Shown here: positions 44,694 to 54,640 of the stretch, one piece after another
Position numbering within the stretch: position 1 is the first letter of the stretch
How the letters are laid out: each line of letters opens with the position of its first letter
Origin: Candidatus Aenigmatarchaeota archaeon
GTDB lineage: Archaea > Aenigmatarchaeota > Aenigmatarchaeia > QMZP01 > QMZT01
Assembly (NCBI GenBank): GCA_041489155.1
Contig: JBGPQP010000001.1
Location: 32,001 to 96,000 of the forward strand
Direction of reading: 5' to 3'
DNA: 64,000 bases
Program-made: the position numbers and the translations under genes
Notes under the pieces: generated by a model
Database searches by the model: none
What the model was told of the DNA's origin: nothing
What the model saw: only the letters and a program-made list of their open reading frames with translations

Positions 44694-47528
44694 ATGAAAC
44701 CGGATAAGGAAATTAAAAAGGAGTTTCGCCCGAAGTTCTGGGCGCATCCCGAGAAATATTATGCGACCGAGGTTTTGAAAGATGAAGGTTTTTCGAGAAA
44801 AATTTGTGTTAAGTGCAAAAAACCTTTCTGGTCAACGGATATTGAAAGAAAGGTTTGCGGGGACCCTTCATGCAGCGGTGAAGGCTTCGCCTTCATAGGC
44901 AATTCGCCTGCGAAAAGGAAGCTGGGTTATGTTGAAGTCTGGCAGGATTTCTCAAGGATGTTCAAAGGCTTAGGATACACGCCGATAAACAGATACCCTG
45001 TTGTGGCGAGATGGAATCCGACCATGGATTACGTAAATGCTTCCATCGCTGCATTTCAGCCTTACGTTATTTCTGGTGAGGTCGAACCACCGGCGAATCC
45101 GCTGGTAATCCCTCAGTTCTGTCTCAGGTTTAATGATATAGATAATGTAGGTATTACCCAATCGCATAACACCGGCTTCGTTATGATCGGCCAGCACATG
45201 TTTGTAAAACCGATGCAGTGGGATCAGAACAGGGTATTCAGAGACATACATACATGGCTGAAGAAGGGTCTTGGCTTGCAGAACTCCGATATAATATTTC
45301 ATGAGGATGCATGGGCAGGAGGGGGAAACTTCGGGCCCTGCATGGAATTTTTTTCAAAGGGATGCGAGCTGGGAAACCAGGTTTACATGCTCTACGAACA
45401 AACGCCTTCTGGCAACAGGGACCTGAGCATAAAAGTTCTTGACATGGGAATGGGGCAGGAAAGAAATGCCTGGTTTTCGCAAGGTTGCGAGACGATTTAT
45501 GATGCATCATTTCCGCACGTAATTGAAAAACTTTTATCATTAACTGGCTTGAAAGTCGACAATGACCTTATGAGAAAATACATTCATCATGCTGGCCTTC
45601 TGAATCTGGATGAAACTGAAAATATAGAAAAGGCATGGAAGACCGTGGCGAAATTGGTAGGAGCGGATGTTGATTTTTTGAGGAACTTCATACTTCCCCT
45701 ATCCGGCGTCTATTCAATTGCAGAGCACATGAGAACGCTCCTATTTGCACTGGCTGACGGCGGTCTTCCTAGCAACGTGGGAGGCGGCTATAATCTCAGG
45801 GTAGTTGCCAGAAGGGCTATGATGTTCAAAAGCAGATACGGATGGGAAATCGATTTCACAAAGGTTTGTGAATGGCATGCAAGTTACCTAAAGCCAATTT
45901 TCCCAGAACTTTCAGAAAACATAGAAGACGTTAAAAAAATAATAGAGGTTGAGGAAAGGAAATACGAAAATACGAGAAGGAACTCTATAGCCATCGTCGG
46001 CAAACTGATTGAAAAAGGCGTGAACGAGCATGACCTTGTAAGACTTTATGACAGTCATGGCATACCACCAGAGATAATAAAAATGGAGTTCGAGGAACGA
46101 GGGAAAAAATTGATGGTGCCGGATGACTTCTATTCAAAAGTCTCGGCACTTCATGAAAAAACGAAACAGGAAACTGAAACTGAAAGATCAGAGAAACTAC
46201 CGCTTGATGGAATCCCTGATACCATAAATCTTTATTTTGGCGACTACAAGAAGCTTGGGTTCGAGGCTAAAGTTCTCAAGGCCGGTAGTGATTTTGTAGT
46301 TCTTGACCAGACAGCTTTTTATCCGACATCGGGCGGACAACTGCATGACATCGGTGAAATAAGCGGCAGGGTGGTGGATGACGTATTCAAACAGGGCGGC
46401 ATCATAGTTCACAAGGTTGAGAAGGGTCATGGTTTAAAGGAAGGTGCTGAAGTTGTCGGGAAGGTTAACTTGCAGAGACGATTAAAGCTTTCGCAACAGC
46501 ACACTGCAGCGCATATAATCAATGCAGCAGCAAGAAAGGTATTAGGTAATCATGTTAATCAGGCAGGTGCAAAAAAAACCGAGGATAAATCCCATCTGGA
46601 CATAACCCATTATCAGCCACTGGGCACGGAAGAAATCAGAAGGATAGAAGAAATCTCCAACAAAATGGTGCAGGATGAAATAAAGGTTGAGAAGCTTCTG
46701 ATGCCGAGAAACGATGCTGAAAAGAGATTCGGCATGAGAATATACCAAGGTGGCGCAGTTCCGGGCAAGCTTTTAAGGATAGTTAACATTCCGGGGATAG
46801 ATGTTGAGGCATGCGGTGGAACCCATTTAAACAACACGAAAGAAGTCGGAAATATCAAGATATTAAAAACCACTAAAATACAAGACGGGATCGATAGAAT
46901 AGAATTCACAGTCGGCGAAGAGGCCGGTAAAATATCAGAAAGGGAAGGGAGAATTTTCGATGAAGTTGTACTTAATGTGAAAAAATTCGCTGCATTTGAT
47001 TATGACAAGGCTTCTTCTAAACAATTAAGAGATTGCGCAGAGTTCTTTTCTGTTCCAGTGGAACAAGTTGGCAAAACAACCAAAAAATTCGCCGAGGAGG
47101 CAGAGAATTACAGCAAGAAGACCGGGAAGCGGATAGTCAAAAGAAAGGCCAAAAACATGAAAGAAGCATGCGAAATTCTGTTTGAAACATGGAAAGACCT
47201 GAAGAAGGAATCTGAAAGAATGTCGAAGGATATAGCTGATTCCAGAATAGAAGATCTTGTTGGCAAAGCCAAAAATAATGAAATTTTCGAGATTGTTGAT
47301 ATGGGAAGGGAAGATATGATAAATCTCTGCGATTTGCTCGTCACGCAAGATCCAGAGCTAACCGTGATTCTGGTGAACAAGGGTGGCGATGTAGTTGGCA
47401 TGAGCGAAAAAAAAGACATATCAAAGGCTGTCAAACATCTGTGCGAAAAATTCTCCGGATGCGGCGGCGGAAGGGGGAGATTAGCGCAAGGTAAATTGGA
47501 CCCGGAAAGGCTAGAAAGCAAAGAATAA
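44694..47528 (+). CDS. alaS: Alanine--tRNA ligase (archaeal type)
   Basis: RYPVVARW, QFCLRFNDIDNVG, DMGMGQER, FYPTSGGQLHD, editing QHTAAH and ACGGTH, GGGRGRLAQG. Confidence 0.97.
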   Translation: MKPDKEIKKEFRPKFWAHPEKYYATEVLKDEGFSRKICVKCKKPFWSTDIERKVCGDPSCSGEGFAFIGNSPAKRKLGYVEVWQDFSRMFKGLGYTPINRYPVVARWNPTMDYVNASIAAFQPYVISGEVEPPANPLVIPQFCLRFNDIDNVGITQSHNTGFVMIGQHMFVKPMQWDQNRVFRDIHTWLKKGLGLQNSDIIFHEDAWAGGGNFGPCMEFFSKGCELGNQVYMLYEQTPSGNRDLSIKVLDMGMGQERNAWFSQGCETIYDASFPHVIEKLLSLTGLKVDNDLMRKYIHHAGLLNLDETENIEKAWKTVAKLVGADVDFLRNFILPLSGVYSIAEHMRTLLFALADGGLPSNVGGGYNLRVVARRAMMFKSRYGWEIDFTKVCEWHASYLKPIFPELSENIEDVKKIIEVEERKYENTRRNSIAIVGKLIEKGVNEHDLVRLYDSHGIPPEIIKMEFEERGKKLMVPDDFYSKVSALHEKTKQETETERSEKLPLDGIPDTINLYFGDYKKLGFEAKVLKAGSDFVVLDQTAFYPTSGGQLHDIGEISGRVVDDVFKQGGIIVHKVEKGHGLKEGAEVVGKVNLQRRLKLSQQHTAAHIINAAARKVLGNHVNQAGAKKTEDKSHLDITHYQPLGTEEIRRIEEISNKMVQDEIKVEKLLMPRNDAEKRFGMRIYQGGAVPGKLLRIVNIPGIDVEACGGTHLNNTKEVGNIKILKTTKIQDGIDRIEFTVGEEAGKISEREGRIFDEVVLNVKKFAAFDYDKASSKQLRDCAEFFSVPVEQVGKTTKKFAEEAENYSKKTGKRIVKRKAKNMKEACEILFETWKDLKKESERMSKDIADSRIEDLVGKAKNNEIFEIVDMGREDMINLCDLLVTQDPELTVILVNKGGDVVGMSEKKDISKAVKHLCEKFSGCGGGRGRLAQGKLDPERLESKE

Positions 47529-47583
47529 TAGAAATATGTTATTTTTTCAATTAAAATTAAGAAATGCCCAGATGCTTTTTATT

Positions 47584-48024
47584 TTAAGCGCCTGGACAAT
47601 AGACGCTTATCGACTGTGCTCTGCCTGAAACAATCATGTCATATGAGCATGTTCTCGGACAATCAGTTGAGCAGCATGCCGTGTTTATTGTCACTTTTGC
47701 ATAGCCGCCTGAGTTTATTAACGTTTTTTCAGTCGTCGTGCATGTTGTTTGGTTCAGCTCACACCAGTCCAGTTGCGTATCGCTCAGGGCGGTACTGCCT
47801 AACATCACCAGTATGTCGTTTCTTATGTTTATCGACTGCGTCCCTATGTTGTGCAGTATCGCCATTACGTTCTGGCCGTTGGGGCATTTTTGTGTCGGGA
47901 TTTCCACAACCTTCGCTGTCAGCGACGTGAAGTAGTTGCTCATGTATGTCCATGCAGCTGATGCCAAGCCGACTGTTATCAGCAAAAGTATTATTACCGA
48001 TATTATTGGCGTTATACCCTTCAT
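47584..48024 (-). CDS. Archaeal type IV pilin, Cys-rich
   Basis: MKG|ITPIISVIILLLITVGLA; 8 Cys in the globular part. Confidence 0.85.
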   Translation of the reverse strand: MKGITPIISVIILLLITVGLASAAWTYMSNYFTSLTAKVVEIPTQKCPNGQNVMAILHNIGTQSINIRNDILVMLGSTALSDTQLDWCELNQTTCTTTEKTLINSGGYAKVTINTACCSTDCPRTCSYDMIVSGRAQSISVYCPGA

Positions 48025-48236
48025 TTTTTTGACCTCCCTAATTGATCTTGAATCTGGCTTAGTATCGACATTATAGCCAGCAGGATTATGCCTATCACTA
48101 TTAATATTAGCGATATTATTGTATTCTGCGGGTCAAGGAAACCGACAGATAGTAGCATAAAAAAGCTTAAGGCTAACACTATGCTTACTACGATCGTCCC
48201 TCCCTGTATTATCAGGTATTTCTTCATGCCAGTCAC
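48021..48236 (-). CDS. Small two-TM membrane protein
   Basis: Two hydrophobic helices; 4-nt overlaps with both neighbours. Confidence 0.65.
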   Translation of the reverse strand: MTGMKKYLIIQGGTIVVSIVLALSFFMLLSVGFLDPQNTIISLILIVIGIILLAIMSILSQIQDQLGRSKK

Positions 48237-48742
48237 CTGAGCTCTGTCCTGTATTCAGAAGCTGGTCTCACTGGCCCCATTGCAGGCGAGGGCGCTGGAG
48301 CATAGAATCTCTTGAGTCTTTTCTCGATTATACCAAGGGTTGTCAGAACTGCCTGGTTGGTCTCAAAGCTTTTCTTGTTCTGCTCTATGAGCTCTGTCAT
48401 TTTGTCCACAAGCGGTGTCATGACCTCTTTCGAAATGTTGGAGACTTCATCTTCCTCGGCCGATATTTTCAGCAGCTTCATGAACTCTCTCATCTCGAGT
48501 ATAAGGTCGTCTATTTTTTTGGGGAGCTTCGAAACCTCTGTTATCAGGTCATTGTTTGCTCTTATGGTGCTGTCGATTATTTTCTGATTCGCTTTTATGA
48601 GGTCAACCACCTGTTCTATGAGCCTGCCGACCTCCGAAGAATACGTCCCTCCCTCAACCTTCTCTATCCTTTTTTCAAGCCTTCTTATGGGCGATGTCGG
48701 TATTATCTCGAATTCCTCGTCTGGACTAATGTCTGGTGTCAT
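48233..48742 (-). CDS. Hypothetical coiled-coil protein
   Basis: EEFEIIPTSPIRRLEKRIEKVE followed by heptad-like helices. Confidence 0.7.
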   Translation of the reverse strand: MTPDISPDEEFEIIPTSPIRRLEKRIEKVEGGTYSSEVGRLIEQVVDLIKANQKIIDSTIRANNDLITEVSKLPKKIDDLILEMREFMKLLKISAEEDEVSNISKEVMTPLVDKMTELIEQNKKSFETNQAVLTTLGIIEKRLKRFYAPAPSPAMGPVRPASEYRTELR

Positions 48743-48807
48743 AATAATAATTGGCTCAAGCCTAATATAAATATTTAAAGGGGGAAGGAACGGGGATATA
48801 CGTCGCT

Positions 48808-50445
48808 TTAGTATTCTTCCGGCATTCCTCCGCCTGACGGCATCGGCATGCCTTTCTTCTCGCCTGAGCCGGCGGAAATTATATCGTCAATCCTGAGTAT
48901 CATTTCCGCTACCTCACTCGCGCTCTTTATTGCCTGTATCTTTATTTTCAGCGGCTCTATCACGCCGAGGGCCATCATGTCCTGGACGTTTCCGGTGAAA
49001 ACGTCAAGGCCGACTGTTATCCTGTTCTTGTCGTGCTCTGCCCTGAGCTGCGCTATTTTGTCAATAGGGTCTAGACCGGCGTTTTCAGCGAGACTCCTGG
49101 GAACGACTTCCATTGCATTCGCAAACGCGTTTACTGCTAGCTGCTCCCTTCCCTTGAACGAATCGGCGTATTTTCTGAGCTGTCTGGCGACCTGCATTTC
49201 TGCTGCTCCGCCTCCGGCTACTATCTTTCCAAGTTCAAGCGACGCTGCCACTCCTTTAACTGCGTCTACCATTGCCCTTTCTACTTCGTCTATAACATGT
49301 TCGCTGCCGCCGCGGATAAGTATCGTGACTGCCTTCGGCTCCTTGCATTTCTCCACGAACAGCATCTCGTCGCCGGCAATTTTCTTCTCCTCTACGACGC
49401 CAGCGAAGCCGAGGTCTGTTTTGTTAAGTTCTTTGATGCTGCTTACAAGCTTGGCACCAGTCGCCCTTGCCAGCTTCTCCATGTCAGATTTCTTGACTCT
49501 TCTGGCGGCAATTATGCCTGCCTTGGCAAGATAATGCTGCGCCATGTCATCTATGCCTTTCTGGCAGAAGACGACGTTCGCCCCTGATTTTATAACCATG
49601 TCAGCCATTTCTTTAAGAACCCTTTCCTCTCCGTCAAGGAATGCCTGGAGTTTTTCAGGAGAATCTATGCTTATTTTCGCATCCCCTTCCAGTTCTTTGA
49701 TTTCGAGGGCGGAATCGAGCAATGCTATTTTTGCTTTTTCAAGCCTCTTCGGCATTGCTGAATGCACGACTTCCTTGTCAAGGACTATGCCGTCTATCAG
49801 TTCGGTCTCGTTCATCGAGCCACCTGACTTTTTCTCGATTTTCACATTTTCTGTGTCAACATAGACCTTGCCCTCCTTTACCTCTGCTATTTTCTTAACT
49901 GCCCTCACTGCAAGGTCGGAGAGCTTTTCTGACGCCCTATCTGCTGATTTTCCTGTCATTGCGGTTTTGGCTATATTGTGCAGGGTTTCCTCGTTTTCTA
50001 TGGTAACGTTTTTTGCAAGCTTTTCGACGATCTCAAGTGCCTTTAGCTTCGCGAGTCTGAAGCCTTTTGTGACGACGGTCGGGTGTATCTGCTGCTCCAA
50101 GAGTTTTTCTGCTTCATGCAGAAGCTCGCCTGCAATTATGACAGCCGTGGTCGTTCCATCGCCCACTGCCTCGTCCTGCGTTTTAGCTACTTCCACCATC
50201 ATCTTCGCAGCAGGATGCTCTATCTGCATCTCGCTGAGTATAGTCGCCCCGTCATTCGTTATCGTCACGTCGCCCAATGAGTCTACCAGCATTTTGTCCA
50301 TGCCTTTCGGACCCAATGTCGTTCGAACAGCATCAGCCACCAGCTTTGCTGCGGCTATGTTGTTTTTGTGCGCCTCCCTTCCTTTCGTCCTCAAAGTGCC
50401 TTCCGGCAGAATAAATATCGGCTGTATAGTCTGCGCTCCATTCAT
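48808..50445 (-). CDS. ths: Thermosome (group II chaperonin) subunit
   Basis: [37 protein letters not shown]. Confidence 0.98.
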   Translation of the reverse strand: MNGAQTIQPIFILPEGTLRTKGREAHKNNIAAAKLVADAVRTTLGPKGMDKMLVDSLGDVTITNDGATILSEMQIEHPAAKMMVEVAKTQDEAVGDGTTTAVIIAGELLHEAEKLLEQQIHPTVVTKGFRLAKLKALEIVEKLAKNVTIENEETLHNIAKTAMTGKSADRASEKLSDLAVRAVKKIAEVKEGKVYVDTENVKIEKKSGGSMNETELIDGIVLDKEVVHSAMPKRLEKAKIALLDSALEIKELEGDAKISIDSPEKLQAFLDGEERVLKEMADMVIKSGANVVFCQKGIDDMAQHYLAKAGIIAARRVKKSDMEKLARATGAKLVSSIKELNKTDLGFAGVVEEKKIAGDEMLFVEKCKEPKAVTILIRGGSEHVIDEVERAMVDAVKGVAASLELGKIVAGGGAAEMQVARQLRKYADSFKGREQLAVNAFANAMEVVPRSLAENAGLDPIDKIAQLRAEHDKNRITVGLDVFTGNVQDMMALGVIEPLKIKIQAIKSASEVAEMILRIDDIISAGSGEKKGMPMPSGGGMPEEY

Positions 50446-50599
50446 GAAACCACATCTCCTTTGCCTCTATTTATCGATTTATAACTATCTAATGGATATA
50501 CAGATTATGAATGGGTTATTTATAAGCTTTTCTCCAATTTTTCTAAGCACCGTCATTAACCAATTAATTTAAGCCTTGACCAATATAGATTATCAAAAC

Positions 50600-50729
50600 G
50601 GGCTCGTAGCTCAGCTGGTTAGAGCGCCGGTCTTATAAGACCGTCAGGCGTCATGCCTGATAGCTTTGAACCGACAATCATCGGTTATAGGAAAGCCGGA
50701 GGCCAGGGGTTCGAATCCCCTCGAGCCCA
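50600..50729 (+). tRNA. tRNA-Ile(UAU) with a 56-nt canonical 37/38 intron (50638-50693)
   Basis: Acceptor GGGCTCG/CGAGCCC+A, D arm GCTC..GAGC, anticodon stem CCGGT/GCCGG, loop CT-TAT-A|A, T arm AGGGG-TTCGAAT-CCCCT; BHB CTTA/TAGG. Confidence 0.92.
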
Positions 50730-50731
50730 TG

Positions 50732-51055
50732 CTACTTTTTGATTTTTAAAAGGCTGAAAAACCACGATAACTTTTCATACAAATTTTCATACAAATAGAC
50801 TGTTATACTAATGCAGAAACCCTCTGCCAACGTCATTGTTACAGGCACGCCATTGAAAAATAGTTTCATGTAAGCTTGTTCCGTGTAGCTATAATATCCC
50901 ATATTTACCTGAATTATGTCGAAAAGGAAACCCGTCAACGCGCCAAAAATGAAGTAAAGAATGAATCTGTAGTCTCTTTCGCGCACCAAAATGTAGGCAA
51001 ATGATAAGAAAAATACAATGAAACTGGAGGCCCAGAATAACGGAGCGTCAATCAT
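50732..51055 (-). CDS. Small membrane protein (paralogue of the neighbouring gene)
   Basis: 3 TMs, FDIIQVNMGYYSY...GVP; GGAGG SD before MIDAP. Confidence 0.6.
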   Translation of the reverse strand: MIDAPLFWASSFIVFFLSFAYILVRERDYRFILYFIFGALTGFLFDIIQVNMGYYSYTEQAYMKLFFNGVPVTMTLAEGFCISITVYLYENLYEKLSWFFSLLKIKK

Positions 51056-51326
51056 TTTTAAACCTCCTGAAAACAACATCGGCCAGAAAATATGAAATGC
51101 AAATGAACTGAAAATATGCAAAAAGCGTGATGATGGAAACCCCCAAAAACTGCGGATATGCATGATATTCCCACAGGCCGAAATAAACACCAATCGGCTC
51201 CCACACAGAAGCCAGTAACACGGTAAACAACCCCAGAGTTATGTATTTTCCAAGTTTTTTTCTTTCGGCAAACAGTATGAGAATAAGAGGCAGGGACATT
51301 ATCAGGAAAAAGACAAGTTGCTCCAT
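51048..51326 (-). CDS. Small membrane protein (paralogue of the neighbouring gene)
   Basis: 3 TMs, WEPIGVYFGLWEY...LGVS; start reassigned to MEQLV. Confidence 0.6.
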   Translation of the reverse strand: MEQLVFFLIMSLPLILILFAERKKLGKYITLGLFTVLLASVWEPIGVYFGLWEYHAYPQFLGVSIITLFAYFQFICISYFLADVVFRRFKND

Positions 51327-51362
51327 ATTTATAATTAAAATAACCACATTAAAACTGATTAT

Positions 51363-52622
51363 ATGAAAATCATATCGGATCTGCACATCCATTCCCGTTT
51401 TTCCAGGGCGACAAGCAGCGACCTCAGCATAGCCAATCTCGTGAAATACGCCAAGATGAAAGGCCTTCATCTTCTCGGTACTGGCGACTTCACCCATCCC
51501 GCCTGGCTCCAGGAGCTGAAAAACGAGCTGAAGGAAGACGGGACGGGAATACTAAAAACAGATGACGGGTTTCCTTTCATCCTTTCGGGCGAGATAGCGA
51601 GCATTTACAACCAGAATAATGCTCTGAGGAGAATACATAACATCCTGCTTTGTCCGGATTTTGCAACAGCCGAGCAGGTACATGAAACTCTGAAAGGGAA
51701 GCACGTCAAAATAGACGCTGACGGCAGGCCGATATGCGGCATCCGCTGCCCTGAATTGGTTGAAACCCTGAAAGGCATAAATCCAAGAATCGAAATTATT
51801 CCTGCCCACATATGGACGCCGTGGTTCTCGCTTTTCGGGTCGAAATCTGGTTTCGACCGTATAGGGGATTGTTTTCAGGATCAGACAAAAAACATACATG
51901 CGCTGGAGACAGGCTTGTCTTCGGATCCAGCCATGAACTGGCGGCTGTCACAGCTTGACGGGTTTTCTCTCGTTTCGTTTTCAGATTCCCATTCATTCTG
52001 GCCATGGAGGATCGGGAGAGAGGCGACGGTATTTGATCTGAAACATGTCAACTATGACAATCTGATAAAGGCCTTGAGAACCGGGGATGGTTTAGTGGAG
52101 ACGATAGAAGTCGACCCTTCTTATGGCAAATATCATTATGATGGCCACAGGGACTGTAATGTTTCGCTCAGTCCGGAGGAATCGAAAAAATTGCGGAACA
52201 TCTGCCCGGTGTGCGGGAGGCCGCTGACAATAGGTGTTTTGCACCGTGTGGAAGAACTTGCAGACAGGCCGGAAGGCTTCACGCCCAAAGATTCAAGACC
52301 CTTTCGTTCCGTTGTCCCGTTATCGGAAATAATATCTTTTGCTCTGGGGGCGAGCATGAGTTCTTCGAAGGTCTGGGGGGAATACAGCAGGCTCGTGGGC
52401 GCCTTCGGGTCCGAACTTGGAGTGTTGTTTGACGCAGATGAAGAGAAATTAAGAACTACAACAGAAAGTAAAATTGCAGAACTGATAAACAAGATGGGAA
52501 GCAGCAGGATAAAAATAAAGCCCGGATATGATGGCGTGTACGGGGAAATCGAAACCGAAAGCGTGAGAAGATCTCAGAAAAAAAGTATAACAAAACCTCA
52601 AAAGAGGCTGGTTGATTTCTAA
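51363..52622 (+). CDS. Endonuclease Q family protein (PHP domain plus Zn finger)
   Basis: DLHIHSRFSRATS, GTGDFTHP, PAHIWTPWFS, ETGLSSDP, GKYHYDGHRDC, CPVCG, GVLHRVEELADR, PGYDGVYG. Confidence 0.92.
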   Translation: MKIISDLHIHSRFSRATSSDLSIANLVKYAKMKGLHLLGTGDFTHPAWLQELKNELKEDGTGILKTDDGFPFILSGEIASIYNQNNALRRIHNILLCPDFATAEQVHETLKGKHVKIDADGRPICGIRCPELVETLKGINPRIEIIPAHIWTPWFSLFGSKSGFDRIGDCFQDQTKNIHALETGLSSDPAMNWRLSQLDGFSLVSFSDSHSFWPWRIGREATVFDLKHVNYDNLIKALRTGDGLVETIEVDPSYGKYHYDGHRDCNVSLSPEESKKLRNICPVCGRPLTIGVLHRVEELADRPEGFTPKDSRPFRSVVPLSEIISFALGASMSSSKVWGEYSRLVGAFGSELGVLFDADEEKLRTTTESKIAELINKMGSSRIKIKPGYDGVYGEIETESVRRSQKKSITKPQKRLVDF

Positions 52623-53581
52623 ATATATGGTTTCCTTCCGATTACATTTACTGATGTGGATGCGTCCACGAAATAATCATATTCCAGTTTAAATATTAGG
52701 TTTTTCTGTATGTATTTGGCCGTGCTGCCAGGGGGTACCGGCATCTCAATTTCGCATGTCAGGGTCGCTGCTTGGCTCTTCCATAAATCAACAAGCATGC
52801 TTCTCTCGGGAATGCCTGAATTGCATATAAGATTGACCGAAACGTCACTTTCAAAAAAGAGTTTTGCCTTGTTCCAGTTGTCTGTTTTTTGACAGCCTTG
52901 TTGCTCGGGGTTGCAGACAACGCCGCCGCCTATGTTCTGTATTTTTATATTTATAGGGAAGTTGATCTTCCCCTCACCGCTCCAGTATCTTATGGGGCCG
53001 TTGACAACGATCTCCATGCTCACCGGACCGCTGGTCGTGCTGACATCCTCAAGGGGGAGTGATTCACCGCGTGTTTCAAGTGATATAAGTTCTTCCTGTG
53101 AGGCTATATTGACCGCTTTTATCGTGCTGGTCTTGTACATATAATAAGTTCTCATGCTCGGGTTGAAGGTTACAGAAATGCCTTCTGGTATGTTGGGTGG
53201 TGCTATGCAGTCCCATGTGCATGTTTTTGTTTCCCCCACTGTGCCACTCTCCTGATCAGGGGCCAGCAAAACCTCTTCAGAAGCGCATAAGTCAAAACGT
53301 TCTATGCATGAAATTTCTATTTTGTTGCCGCCAAATACGCTTTCTACATTGTAAAGCTTCATAAAAACATTTTCCGCGTCGGAAGCGCCGATATTTCTTA
53401 TTTTCGCTCTTAATTCGAATGCTTCGCTGGCATAGATATCTTTCAGTGGGCTGACCTCAAAATTTTCTATAACAACGCCGCTGCCTGCGGCTATGTTGCC
53501 TCCGAAAAAGGTGCAACCTGAAATTAAAACTGCTGCTAAAATTACAAGCAATGCCGCAGTAGCTGCCTGTAGCTTGGTCAT
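52619..53581 (-). CDS. Secreted lipoprotein-like protein, tandem paralogue 4
   Basis: Lipobox-like ISG|C; motifs shared with the three upstream paralogues. Confidence 0.75.
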   Translation of the reverse strand: MTKLQAATAALLVILAAVLISGCTFFGGNIAAGSGVVIENFEVSPLKDIYASEAFELRAKIRNIGASDAENVFMKLYNVESVFGGNKIEISCIERFDLCASEEVLLAPDQESGTVGETKTCTWDCIAPPNIPEGISVTFNPSMRTYYMYKTSTIKAVNIASQEELISLETRGESLPLEDVSTTSGPVSMEIVVNGPIRYWSGEGKINFPINIKIQNIGGGVVCNPEQQGCQKTDNWNKAKLFFESDVSVNLICNSGIPERSMLVDLWKSQAATLTCEIEMPVPPGSTAKYIQKNLIFKLEYDYFVDASTSVNVIGRKPYI

Positions 53582-53617
53582 ATTTATAAAATGAGATTCA
53601 GCCTTTTATCCTTTCGG

Positions 53618-54607
53618 TCAGCCTGGCATTGTAGACGGTTTCACGTAAACTTCTGATGCTTTGTCTATGAAATAACCGTATTTTGCATTCAGTTCTATGT
53701 TCTTTTGAACAAGGCCTACGTATTGGCTGGTATCAGCGATTATTTTGCAAGAAATAGTCTGCGGATCTCCGCCGACAAGGAGTATATCTTCTGTGGTACC
53801 GCAAGAGCCTTGGGCCGGTTGAAACCCAATCGGTAATACTATGTTCAGCTTAAGTTTATAAAGGTCGGGGTTTGTCATCAGGCCGCCTTCTTTTTTGCAG
53901 TTGGTGCTTTCTTCTAGGCAGACTGTTCCGCCGCCCACATTCTTTACCGTAATGACAATCGGAAATTCGACGCTGCTGCTGTACGTTCTTATCGGTGTTG
54001 TTGCCTCCATCTCTATGGATATGGGTGAATTGGTCTTGCTGTACGCTTCCGTTGGCAGACTCTTGCCCTGATCCTGCAGTGTCTTGAGCTCGTCTTTTGA
54101 AACCAGAGTTACTGTTTTTATGGTAGTTGACTTGTATGTGTAATAAAATCTTACCCTCGGATTCGCAGTTATGCTTAAACCCGGCAGAACTTCAGGGGCG
54201 ATGTATCTCCAACTACATGTCGTTTCTCCGCCAGTTATGCCTGCATTCGTATCTTCTGGCAGAAGTCTTATTTGACGAGTGGTATATCTGCAATAATTTT
54301 CGTCCGGGAAGTTCTCGCCTGTGGGGTTTGAGGTGGTGCCAGCTGCTCTTCTCCATACCTGGTCCAAGCCAAGCAATTCAGCGAAGCCGTTTTCTGCTGT
54401 GACCGAGCCGGTGTTTTTCACCTTTAGCTTGAACGCGACAGTCTCACCTGAATTGACATTCTGGAAATCTGGGCCGAATTCCTCTACTATAACGCCCGTG
54501 CCTGGCGGTGTATCGGAATTGAAAGGTGTTATCGACGGCAGAGTGCAGCCAGATGCCAGAATAATCGAGAAAATAGACAAAAACAAAATGGGATATTTAT
54601 TGCTCAT
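53618..54607 (-). CDS. Secreted lipoprotein-like protein, tandem paralogue 3
   Basis: Lipobox-like ASG|C; GVIVEEFGP, VKNVGGG, YGY. Confidence 0.75.
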   Translation of the reverse strand: MSNKYPILFLSIFSIILASGCTLPSITPFNSDTPPGTGVIVEEFGPDFQNVNSGETVAFKLKVKNTGSVTAENGFAELLGLDQVWRRAAGTTSNPTGENFPDENYCRYTTRQIRLLPEDTNAGITGGETTCSWRYIAPEVLPGLSITANPRVRFYYTYKSTTIKTVTLVSKDELKTLQDQGKSLPTEAYSKTNSPISIEMEATTPIRTYSSSVEFPIVITVKNVGGGTVCLEESTNCKKEGGLMTNPDLYKLKLNIVLPIGFQPAQGSCGTTEDILLVGGDPQTISCKIIADTSQYVGLVQKNIELNAKYGYFIDKASEVYVKPSTMPG

Positions 54608-54640
54608 GCTATATAATTTGGAAAAAAACAAATAAAAGGT

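Noticed and set aside
50638..50693. C/D box guide RNA within the tRNA-Ile intron
   Set aside because: A CTGA is present but no RUGAUGA box C was found.
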